Source: Actinomycetota bacterium
GTDB taxonomy: Bacteria > Actinomycetota > Actinomycetes > Mycobacteriales > Micromonosporaceae
Length of the DNA stretch: 24,000 bases
NCBI GenBank assembly: GCA_005885555.1
Contig: VAWN01000043.1
Coordinates: forward strand, 100,192 to 124,191
Reading direction: 5' to 3'
Numbering within the stretch: the first letter of the stretch is position 1; every line of letters begins with the position of its first letter. Both the position numbers and the translations under genes were made by a program. The notes below the pieces were generated by a model that was given only the letters and a program-made list of their open reading frames with translations, searched no databases and was not told the origin of the DNA. This document shows positions 16,258 to 23,231 of the stretch, in pieces.

Positions 16258-16287
16258 CGCGCGCTCAACGGCCGCGCGCTCAACGCC
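16258..16287. repeat. 2 x 15-bp tandem duplication spanning the DUF4191 gene stop codon
   Basis: CGCGCGCTCAACGGC / CGCGCGCTCAACGCC (1 mismatch). Each copy carries TCA (TGA on the minus strand), in frame and 5 codons apart. Confidence 0.9.
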
Positions 16288-16978
16288 CCCGCATCGCCCG
16301 GAACGCGCCCTTCGGCGGCCGCATATTCTTCGGGATCGCGCCCTTGGGCATCTGCGGCCGGGCGGTCAGTGCCTTGAGCCGCAGGTCCAGCGCGTTGACC
16401 TCTTTGCCGGACAGGCTGCGCGGCAGCTTCATGAGGGTGACCCGCAGCTTGCTGATCGGCACCTGGCCCTCGTCGTGCCCGATGACCACGTCGTGCAGTT
16501 CGGCCGAGCCGATCACCTTGGCCAGCCGACGCTTCTCCTGGCCGAGCAGGCTGCGTACCCGCGACGGGTTGCCCTCCGCGACCAGGATCACGCCCGGCCT
16601 GCCGATCACCAGGTGGACGAAGTCCATCTGCGTCGTCGAGGCGAGGCCCGGCGTGACCCGCCAGTCGCCGCGCATGTTCTCGATGATGGAGGCGGCCGCG
16701 CCCGGCTGCCGCTCGGCCTCGATCATCATCGCCTTGTTGGACCGGACGCTGAGCACGGCCATCGCGGCCACCAGCGCCGCCATGAGGCCGCTGATCAGCC
16801 AGATCCAGCCACCGGTGAAGGTGGCCAGCAGGGTACCCCCGACCAGCGGCAGCAGGAACGCGGTGATGACCAGCGGCAGGAACCACTTGTCGCGCTTGGC
16901 GGTGAACGAGAACACCATGCCGATCTGCCGGAGTCGCTGGCGGAACGACACCTTCTCCGGACCCGCTGCCTTAGCCAT
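16280..16978 (-). CDS. DUF4191-domain membrane protein
   Basis: 'MAKAAGPEKVSFRQRLRQIGMVFSFTAKRDKWFLPL...' followed by two TM helices, then 'GRPGVILVAEG...RLL..E.RR' and 'GQVPISKL'. This matches the conserved actinobacterial family found beside lipA. ATG at 16978. Confidence 0.8.
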   Translation of the reverse strand: MAKAAGPEKVSFRQRLRQIGMVFSFTAKRDKWFLPLVITAFLLPLVGGTLLATFTGGWIWLISGLMAALVAAMAVLSVRSNKAMMIEAERQPGAAASIIENMRGDWRVTPGLASTTQMDFVHLVIGRPGVILVAEGNPSRVRSLLGQEKRRLAKVIGSAELHDVVIGHDEGQVPISKLRVTLMKLPRSLSGKEVNALDLRLKALTARPQMPKGAIPKNMRPPKGAFRAMRGR

Positions 16979-17020
16979 GCCGCCGAGTCTATGCGGCCCG
17001 CGACTCGGCGCGCAGAGCAC

Positions 17021-17069
17021 GCTCCCCGGGACTCAGCGCTCCCCGGACTCAGCGCCGCCCGGACTTACC
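17021..17069. repeat. about 3 tandem copies of a 16-17-bp unit overlapping the lipA stop codon
   Basis: GCTCCCCGGGACTCAGC / GCTCCCCGGACTCAGC / GCCGCCCGGACTTACC. The third, degenerate copy contains the lipA TAA (17065..17067). Confidence 0.85.
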
Positions 17070-17997
17070 GCGCAGTACGCGCTGCCATGGCCTGAGCGTA
17101 GAGCCGGCCGGCGCGGTACGAGGAACGCACCAGCGGGCCGCTCATCACGCCGGCGAAGCCGATCCGCTCCGCCTCCTCGCGCAGCTCGACGAACTCCTCG
17201 GGCCGCACCCAGCGCTCGACCGGATGGTGGCGCGGAGTCGGCCGCAGGTACTGGGTGATGGTCACCAGTTCGCAGCCGGCGTCGTGCAGGTCGCGCAGCG
17301 CCTGGGACACCTCGGCCCGCTCCTCGCCCAGCCCGAGGATCAGGTTGGACTTGGTCACCAGTCCGGCGGCGCGGGCCCGGCGCAGCACGTCGAGCGAGCG
17401 CTCGTACCGGAACGCCGGCCGGATCCGCTTGAAGATCCGCGGTACCGTCTCCACGTTGTGCGCGAGCACCTCCGGCCGCGCGCCGAACACCTCGCCCAGC
17501 TGTGCCGGGTCGGCGTCGAAGTCCGGGATCAGCAGCTCCACTCCGCAGCCGGGCAGCAGCTTGTGGATCTGCCGGACGGTCGCCGCGTAGAGCCACGCGC
17601 CGCCGTCGGGCAGGTCGTCGCGCGCCACGCCGGTCACGGTCGCGTACTTCAGTCCCATCGTGGCCACCGACTCGGCCACCCGGCGCGGTTCGTCGGCGTC
17701 GAACTCGGCCGGCCGGCCGGTGTCGATCTGGCAGAAGTCGCACCGCCGGGTACATTGATCGCCGCCAATGAGGAAGGTGGCCTCGCGGTCCTCCCAGCAT
17801 TCGTAGATGTTGGGGCAGCCGGCTTCCTGGCAGACGGTGTGCAGACCCTCCCGCTGCACCAGCCCGCGCAGTGCGGTGAACTGCGGCCCCATCCGCGCCG
17901 TCACCTTGATCCAGGGCGGCTTGCGTTCGATGGGGGTCTCCGCGTTACGCGCTTCGATGCGCAGCATGCGGCGGCCGTCGGGCTGGGCGAGGGTCAC
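17065..17997 (-). CDS. lipA: lipoyl synthase (radical SAM)
   Basis: Has '[12 protein letters not shown]' and '[12 protein letters not shown]' (auxiliary cluster), '[10 protein letters not shown]' (CX3CX2C radical-SAM cluster) and a C-terminal 'RSSY'. I prefer the GTG at 17997, which gives '[18 protein letters not shown]'. In-frame alternatives are 18018, 17967 and 18063. Confidence 0.92.
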   Translation of the reverse strand: MTLAQPDGRRMLRIEARNAETPIERKPPWIKVTARMGPQFTALRGLVQREGLHTVCQEAGCPNIYECWEDREATFLIGGDQCTRRCDFCQIDTGRPAEFDADEPRRVAESVATMGLKYATVTGVARDDLPDGGAWLYAATVRQIHKLLPGCGVELLIPDFDADPAQLGEVFGARPEVLAHNVETVPRIFKRIRPAFRYERSLDVLRRARAAGLVTKSNLILGLGEERAEVSQALRDLHDAGCELVTITQYLRPTPRHHPVERWVRPEEFVELREEAERIGFAGVMSGPLVRSSYRAGRLYAQAMAARTAR

Positions 17998-18094
17998 AAG
18001 CGCAGCGTACGCCCTCATCAGCCGAAACCGGACGGTGGAAAGCGGTGGGGCGACGAGGGTCACGTCCGGTAGCCTGGGCGGTCACGGCGTTGAC

Positions 18095-18295
18095 GGAACC
18101 GAGTAGCGCGCCGACCCGCCAGTCGAGAGAGCCGCCGGTAGCTGGGAAGGCGGTCTGGCGCCGGCGCGTGAAGACACTCCCGAGCCGCGGCACGGCAGAG
18201 AGGCCGTCCGTTCCGGGCGGCGAAGGTGTGGTGGCACCGCGAGGCACCCTTCTCGCCCGCACCTCCGAAGGGGACACAACCATCGGAGGTGACCA
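18095..18295 (+). promoter_or_regulatory. T-box riboswitch leader, Asp (GAC) specifier, translational (SD-sequestering) type
   Basis: Stem I carries AGUA (18103-18106) opposite a GAA-GAC-A specifier loop (18170-18176). An AGAGA-containing bulge (18121-18131) and a distal loop (18137-18148) follow. There is an F-box-like CCGUUC (18208-18213). The T-box core is GGUGUGG-UGGCACC-GCGAG (18225-18243). In the antisequestrator, helix A2 is GCGAG/CUCGC and helix A1 is GGUGUGG/CCGCACC (18257-18263). A competing 9-bp helix, CACCUCCGA (18260-18268) / UCGGAGGUG (18283-18291), buries the SD 5 nt before the ATG at 18296. Confidence 0.85.
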
Positions 18296-19516
18296 ATGAA
18301 CCGCATCCTTTCCACGCAGCTGCCCGAGCACGCCGGGCAGACCGTGACGCTGGCCGGCTGGGTACACCGGCGTCGGCTGCTCAAGTCGGTCGGCTTCCTG
18401 GTCCTGCGCGACCGGGCCGGCCTGGCCCAGGTGGTTGCCGCGCCGCCGGCGCTCGCCGCCTTTCCGGAAGAGACGGTGGTACTGGTGACCGGCGTGGCCA
18501 CGGTCAACCCGGCCGCCCCGGGCGGCGTGGAGGTCGCCGGGCCGACCATCGTCGCGTTGACCGACCCGGCGCAGCCGCCGCCGTTCGACCTGTACCGTCC
18601 CGAACTCGCCGCCGCCCTGCCGACCCTGCTCGACCATGCACCGGTGGCGCTGCGCCATCCGCGGCTGAGCGCGTTGCACCGGTTGTCGGCCAGAGCCGTG
18701 GCCGGGTTCCGTCAGGCGCTCGACGCGCTGGACTTCATCGAGATCCACACGCCGAAGCTGGTCGCCTCGGCGACCGAGTCCGGCGCCAACGTGTTCGGCA
18801 TCGACTACTTCGGCCGTCCCGCATACCTCGCGCAGAGCCCGCAGTTCTACAAGCAGATGATGGTCGGGGTCTTCGAGCGGGTCTACGAGGTCGGGCCGGT
18901 GTTCCGGGCCGAGCCGCACGACACGGTACGGCATCTGGCGCAGTACACGTCGCTGGACGCCGAACTCGGGTTCATCACCGACCACCGCGAGGTCATGGCG
19001 GTCGTCCGTTCCGTCGTGGCCGGAATGCTCGACGGCACCGGCGTCGAGGTGCCCGCCGAGATCCCCGCGATCCACTTCGCCGACGCCATGGACCTGCTCG
19101 GTGCCGACGAGCCCGACCTCGCTCCGGCGCACGAGCGCTGGCTGGGTGAGTGGGCGGTGCGGGAGTACGGCAGCGAACTGCTGTTCGTCACCGGGTACCC
19201 GATGGTCAAGCGGCCGTTCTACACCCACCCGGAACCCGGCCGGCCCGGTTACTCCAACAGCTTCGACCTGCTGTTCCGGGGGATGGAGATCGTCACCGGC
19301 GGCCAGCGGCTGCACCGGTACGGCGACTATGTGTCGGCGCTGCACGGCCAGGACCTCGCGCCGTACGAGGCGTACCTGCAGGCGTTCCGGCACGGGATGC
19401 CGCCGCACGGCGGCTTCGCGCTGGGGCGGGAGCGGTTCGTGGCGCGACTGACCGGGGCGGCCAACGTCCGGCAGACCACCCTGTTCCCGCGGGACCTGCA
19501 CCGCCTGTCGCCGTGA
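18296..19516 (+). CDS. aspS: aspartate--tRNA ligase, archaeal/eukaryal type (type 2, 406 aa); second-copy AspRS
   Basis: N-terminal OB fold ('GQTVTLAGWVHRRRLLKSVGFLVLRD'). Class IIb motifs 'QSPQFYKQMMV', 'GPVFRAEPHDTVRHLAQYTSLDAE' and 'GGFALGRER'. The C-terminal 'LFPRDLHRLSP' is typical of archaeal-type AspRS. The upstream T-box specifier is the Asp codon. Confidence 0.85.
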   Translation: MNRILSTQLPEHAGQTVTLAGWVHRRRLLKSVGFLVLRDRAGLAQVVAAPPALAAFPEETVVLVTGVATVNPAAPGGVEVAGPTIVALTDPAQPPPFDLYRPELAAALPTLLDHAPVALRHPRLSALHRLSARAVAGFRQALDALDFIEIHTPKLVASATESGANVFGIDYFGRPAYLAQSPQFYKQMMVGVFERVYEVGPVFRAEPHDTVRHLAQYTSLDAELGFITDHREVMAVVRSVVAGMLDGTGVEVPAEIPAIHFADAMDLLGADEPDLAPAHERWLGEWAVREYGSELLFVTGYPMVKRPFYTHPEPGRPGYSNSFDLLFRGMEIVTGGQRLHRYGDYVSALHGQDLAPYEAYLQAFRHGMPPHGGFALGRERFVARLTGAANVRQTTLFPRDLHRLSP

Positions 19517-19518
19517 AT

Positions 19519-19562
19519 CGTCAACTCGGACTTGACGCGCCGGCGTCAACCCACACTTGACG
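19519..19562 (+). promoter_or_regulatory. two tandem 19-bp palindromes CGTCAA-n7-TTGACG (candidate operators / alternative hairpins)
   Basis: CGTCAActcggacTTGACG lies at 19519-19537 and CGTCAAcccacacTTGACG at 19544-19562, with 25 bp between centres. The inner arms can also pair (TTGACGC gccg GCGTCAA, 19532-19549). The array ends 1 nt before the ATG at 19564. No SD is visible. Confidence 0.6.
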
Positions 19563-19563
19563 C

Positions 19564-20268
19564 ATGACTCCACTCACCGTGAAGCTGCAGGAGCTGATCG
19601 ACCAGATCGAGGCCGACCTGCCCGACGCGGATCCTGTCGCCAAGATCGGCGAGGCCCGGCTGCGCAGCCGTACCCTTGTCGATCTCGGCGACCAGCTCGT
19701 CGACCACTACGTGCACGCGGCCCGCGCGGACGGCGCCTCGTGGAGCCAGATCGGCGACGCGCTCGGCGTCACCAAGCAGGCCGCCCAGCAACGCCGGTCC
19801 GACCCGCAGTTCGAGCGGTACACCGGCCGGGCGCGGCACGTCGTCGTACTGGCGCAGGACCGGGCGCGCACGCTCAAGCACGACCGGATCGACACCGGCC
19901 ACCTGCTACTCGGCCTGCTCGGCGAGCCGGACGGGCTGGCGGCGAAGGTGCTCGTCTCGCTGCTCGGCTCGCTCGACCCGGTCTCCGCGGCGGCGCACGC
20001 GGCGCTGACCCCCGGGGAGGGCAAGCCGCCGAGCGGGCACCTGATGCTCACCGAGGACGCCAAGCACACCCTCGGCCTGTCCGTCGAGATCGCCCTCGAC
20101 ATGAGCCACAACTACGTCGGTACCGAACACATCCTGATCGCACTGACGCGGATCCCGCAGGGGCAGGCCGCCCGGATCCTGACGGAGCTGGGCGTGACGC
20201 ACGACCGTGCGTACGACGCGGTCTCGGCCGCGCTGGTCGGGTACCAGCACAAGGCGCGCAAGACCTGA
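19564..20268 (+). CDS. ClpC2-like protein: N-terminal HTH-like region + Clp N-terminal (Clp_R) repeat domain, no ATPase module
   Basis: The C-terminal 150 aa align by eye to the ClpC N-domain ('FERYTGRARHVVVLAQDRARTLKHDRIDTGHLLLGLL.E.DG.AAKVL' and 'SGHL.LTEDAKHTLGLSVEIALDMSHNYVGTEHILIAL'). The N-terminal part contains 'GASWSQIGDALGVTKQAAQQR', as I recall it from mycobacterial ClpC2 (Rv2667). Confidence 0.75.
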   Translation: MTPLTVKLQELIDQIEADLPDADPVAKIGEARLRSRTLVDLGDQLVDHYVHAARADGASWSQIGDALGVTKQAAQQRRSDPQFERYTGRARHVVVLAQDRARTLKHDRIDTGHLLLGLLGEPDGLAAKVLVSLLGSLDPVSAAAHAALTPGEGKPPSGHLMLTEDAKHTLGLSVEIALDMSHNYVGTEHILIALTRIPQGQAARILTELGVTHDRAYDAVSAALVGYQHKARKT

Positions 20269-20277
20269 GCCGCGAGA

Positions 20278-20922
20278 TCAGAGCAGCATCGGCAGGTGGC
20301 GCTCGACGACCGGCAGCATCTGCGCGACGGTCACCTCGCGACCCAGCTCCCTGGACAGCGAGGTGACCGCGGCGTCGGTGATGCCGCAGGGCACGATGCG
20401 GTCGAAGCGGGTCAGGTCGCAGTCGCAGTTGAGGGCGAAGCCGTGCAGCGTCGTGTTGCGGGCGACGCGGATGCCGATCGCGGCCACCTTCCGGTCCGGT
20501 CCGCGGTCGTCGGCGGGTACCCACACCCCGGTGCGCCCCTTGATCCGCTGCGCCGACGGCACGCCGACCTCGGCGCAGACCGCGATGAGCATGGCCTCCA
20601 CCCGGCGCACGTAGGCCACGACGTCGAGGCGGCCGGCCGTAAGGCGCAGGATCGGATACCCGACGATCTGCCCCGGTCCGTGCCAGGTGATCTTCCCGCC
20701 CCGGTCGGTGTCCACCACAGGGGTACCGTCCAGCGGCCGCTCCCACGCTTCGGTGCGCTTTCCGGCGGTGTACACGTCGCGGTGTTCGAGCAGCAGAACC
20801 GTAGGCGGCGCAAGCCCTTCAGCCACCGCGGCGTGCAGCCGGCGCTGCTCGTCCCACGCGTCCTGGTAGTCGACGAGCCCCGGAAGGCGGACGGGCACGG
20901 GAGTCTGCACCGCGGTGGTCAT
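20278..20922 (-). CDS. lipB: lipoyl(octanoyl) transferase
   Basis: Has '[14 protein letters not shown]', '[19 protein letters not shown]', '[17 protein letters not shown]' and 'IVPCGI', which are canonical LipB motifs (Cys/Lys dyad). Confidence 0.92.
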   Translation of the reverse strand: MTTAVQTPVPVRLPGLVDYQDAWDEQRRLHAAVAEGLAPPTVLLLEHRDVYTAGKRTEAWERPLDGTPVVDTDRGGKITWHGPGQIVGYPILRLTAGRLDVVAYVRRVEAMLIAVCAEVGVPSAQRIKGRTGVWVPADDRGPDRKVAAIGIRVARNTTLHGFALNCDCDLTRFDRIVPCGITDAAVTSLSRELGREVTVAQMLPVVERHLPMLL

Positions 20923-21049
20923 GCGGCCAAGCGTAATCCCACCACTGTGCGGTGCGTTCCGTCACAGGTCGCCGGCCCGGTTCTCTCAGGACGCATCGGT
21001 ACCGTCACTCTGGCAGCCAGTGAACGCGTCGCACTTCGGGGGAGGGCAC

Positions 21050-23179
21050 GTGACGACGATCCGGGAAAAGGAACCGACCAGGCTCGAACCACCCGCGCCA
21101 CGGGTGACCGCGTGGCGCTGGCTCGTACCCGCGCTGCTGATCCTGGCGTGGCTGGTGGCCGGCGGCGCGCTGGGGCCGCTGTCGGGCAAGACGAACGAGG
21201 TACAGAAGAACGACAACAGCGCGTTCCTGCCGCAGAGCGCCGAGTCGACCAAGGTTCAGGAGCTGATCCCGCGGTTCACCACGAGCCAGTCGAGCGCCGG
21301 CATCGTCCTCTACGTCCGGCCCGGTGGGCTGACCGACGCGGACAAGGCCAAGATCCAGGATGACAAGGCGGCCATCGGCGGCCACTTCGACGGCCAGTTG
21401 GTCGGCGCACCGCTGGGGCCGGTGTGGAGCAAGGACGGCAAGGCCGCCGAGATCCTCGTGCAGTTCTCCGCGAGCGACCCGACCAAGCTCGGTGACGGCG
21501 TCCAGTGGATCCGCAACCAGGCCGGTACCAGTCCGGGGCTGGAGACGCACGTGGCCGGCCCGGCGGGCCTGTACGCCGACTTCGGCAACTCCTTCAAGGG
21601 CATCGACGGCCGGCTGCTGCTCGTGTCCGGCCTCATCGTGCTGGTCATCCTGATCCTGGTGTACCGCAGCCCGATCCTGCCGTTCGTGGTGCTCGGCAGC
21701 GCCGCCTTCGCCTCCACCATCGCCAACGGCGCGGTGTACCTGCTGGCCAAGCACGGCGTCATCACGCTCAACGGGCAGAGCCAGGGCATCCTCAACGTGC
21801 TCGTGCTCGGCGCCGGTACCGACTATGCGCTGCTGCTGGTCTCCCGGTACCGGGAGGAACTGCGCCGGTACCCGAGCCGCTTCGAGGCGATGAAGGTCGC
21901 CTGGCGGGCCGCGTTCGCGCCGATCGTGGCCAGCGGCGGCACCGTCATCGTCGCGCTGATGTGCCTGCTGCTGTCGGACCTGAAGTCCAACCAGGGCCTC
22001 GGCCCGGTCGGCTCGATCGGTATCGCGGCGGCGCTGCTGGCCATGCTGACCCTGCTGCCGGCGATCCTGACGCTGGTCGGCCGGGTGGCGTTCTGGCCGT
22101 TCCGGCCGACGTACGGCTCGCACCCGGCCGAGGAGCACGGCCTGTGGGGCCGGGTGTCCCGGGTGGTCGGCCGCCGGGCCCGCTGGGTCTGGGTGGTCGT
22201 CACGCTGATCCTGCTGGCGATGTCGGCCGGCCTGGTCCGGCTCAACCCCAACGGGGTACCGCTGGACAAGTCGTTCACGACCACCCAGGACTCGGTCGTC
22301 GGGCAGCGGGTGCTCGCGGAGCACTTCGACGCGGGTACCGGTACCCCGACGGTGATCATCGCAACTGCCGGCTCGCTCGACGACGTGATCGCCGCCGCTG
22401 GCCAGGTGCCCGGTGTCGGCAAGCCGATCGTGCCGTACACGGGTGCGCCGCCCGGGGTACCCGCACCGACCAAGGTGGTCGACGGGCTGGCCCGGGTCGA
22501 CGTCACGCTGACCGTCGCGCCGGACACCCCGGCCGGGCACGACGTCATCAAGGCGCTGCGGACCAGGGTGCACGCGGTACCCGCGGCGGACGCCAGGGTC
22601 GGCGGGTTCAGCGCGATCAACCTCGACGTGCAGGACACCGCCAAGCGCGACCGCAACGTCATCATCCCGCTCGTGCTCGTCGTGGTGTTCATGATCCTGG
22701 TGCTGCTGCTGCGGGCGGTACTGGCGCCGCTGGTGCTGATCCTCACCGTGGTGCTGTCGTTCGTCGCCACGCTGGGCGCGTCCGGCCTGATCTTCCGCGG
22801 CGTCTTCGGGTTCGTCGGCACCGACTCGGCGTTCCCGCTGTTCGCCTTCGTGTTCCTCGTCGCGCTCGGGGTCGACTACAACATCTTCCTGATGACCCGG
22901 GTACGGGAGGAGGCCGGAAAGCGCGGGCACCGGGCCGGTACCCTCACCGGGCTCGCGGTCACCGGCGGGGTCATCACGTCGGCGGGCCTGGTACTGGCGT
23001 CGACGTTCGCGGCGCTGTCGGTACTGCCGCTGGTGTTCCTGGCGGAGCTGGCGTTCACCGTGGCATTCGGCGTGCTGCTGGACACGCTCGTGGTGCGGAC
23101 CCTGCTGGTGCCTGCGCTGACCGTGGACATCGGCCGCATCTCCTGGTGGCCGAGCAGGCTGTCGCGCGGCGAACCGTAA
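21050..23179 (+). CDS. MMPL-family (RND superfamily) membrane transporter
   Basis: 709 aa from the GTG at 21050, which is preceded by GGGGGAGGG. There are two 6-TM bundles, each followed by the conserved 'G.DY.L.L..R.REE' / 'GVDYNIFLMTRVREE' motifs, with large extracytoplasmic loops. Confidence 0.88.
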   Translation: MTTIREKEPTRLEPPAPRVTAWRWLVPALLILAWLVAGGALGPLSGKTNEVQKNDNSAFLPQSAESTKVQELIPRFTTSQSSAGIVLYVRPGGLTDADKAKIQDDKAAIGGHFDGQLVGAPLGPVWSKDGKAAEILVQFSASDPTKLGDGVQWIRNQAGTSPGLETHVAGPAGLYADFGNSFKGIDGRLLLVSGLIVLVILILVYRSPILPFVVLGSAAFASTIANGAVYLLAKHGVITLNGQSQGILNVLVLGAGTDYALLLVSRYREELRRYPSRFEAMKVAWRAAFAPIVASGGTVIVALMCLLLSDLKSNQGLGPVGSIGIAAALLAMLTLLPAILTLVGRVAFWPFRPTYGSHPAEEHGLWGRVSRVVGRRARWVWVVVTLILLAMSAGLVRLNPNGVPLDKSFTTTQDSVVGQRVLAEHFDAGTGTPTVIIATAGSLDDVIAAAGQVPGVGKPIVPYTGAPPGVPAPTKVVDGLARVDVTLTVAPDTPAGHDVIKALRTRVHAVPAADARVGGFSAINLDVQDTAKRDRNVIIPLVLVVVFMILVLLLRAVLAPLVLILTVVLSFVATLGASGLIFRGVFGFVGTDSAFPLFAFVFLVALGVDYNIFLMTRVREEAGKRGHRAGTLTGLAVTGGVITSAGLVLASTFAALSVLPLVFLAELAFTVAFGVLLDTLVVRTLLVPALTVDIGRISWWPSRLSRGEP

Positions 23180-23231
23180 AACGCCTGGCGGGCTCAGCCG
23201 CCGTAGCCGGCGTAGGCCAGAATCGGCTGCG

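Noticed and set aside
18090-18095. TTGACG hexamer as a possible -35 element for the T-box transcript.
   Set aside because: No acceptable -10 lies at 16-19 nt. A start there would also truncate Stem I. The promoter is more likely inside or upstream of the lipA 5' end and cannot be placed from sequence alone.
20923-21049. Direct repeat CCGTCAC (20959-20965 and 21002-21008) in the lipB/MMPL divergent region as a possible operator.
   Set aside because: It is only a 7-mer repeated once at 43-bp spacing, without dyad symmetry. This is within chance expectation for this composition.
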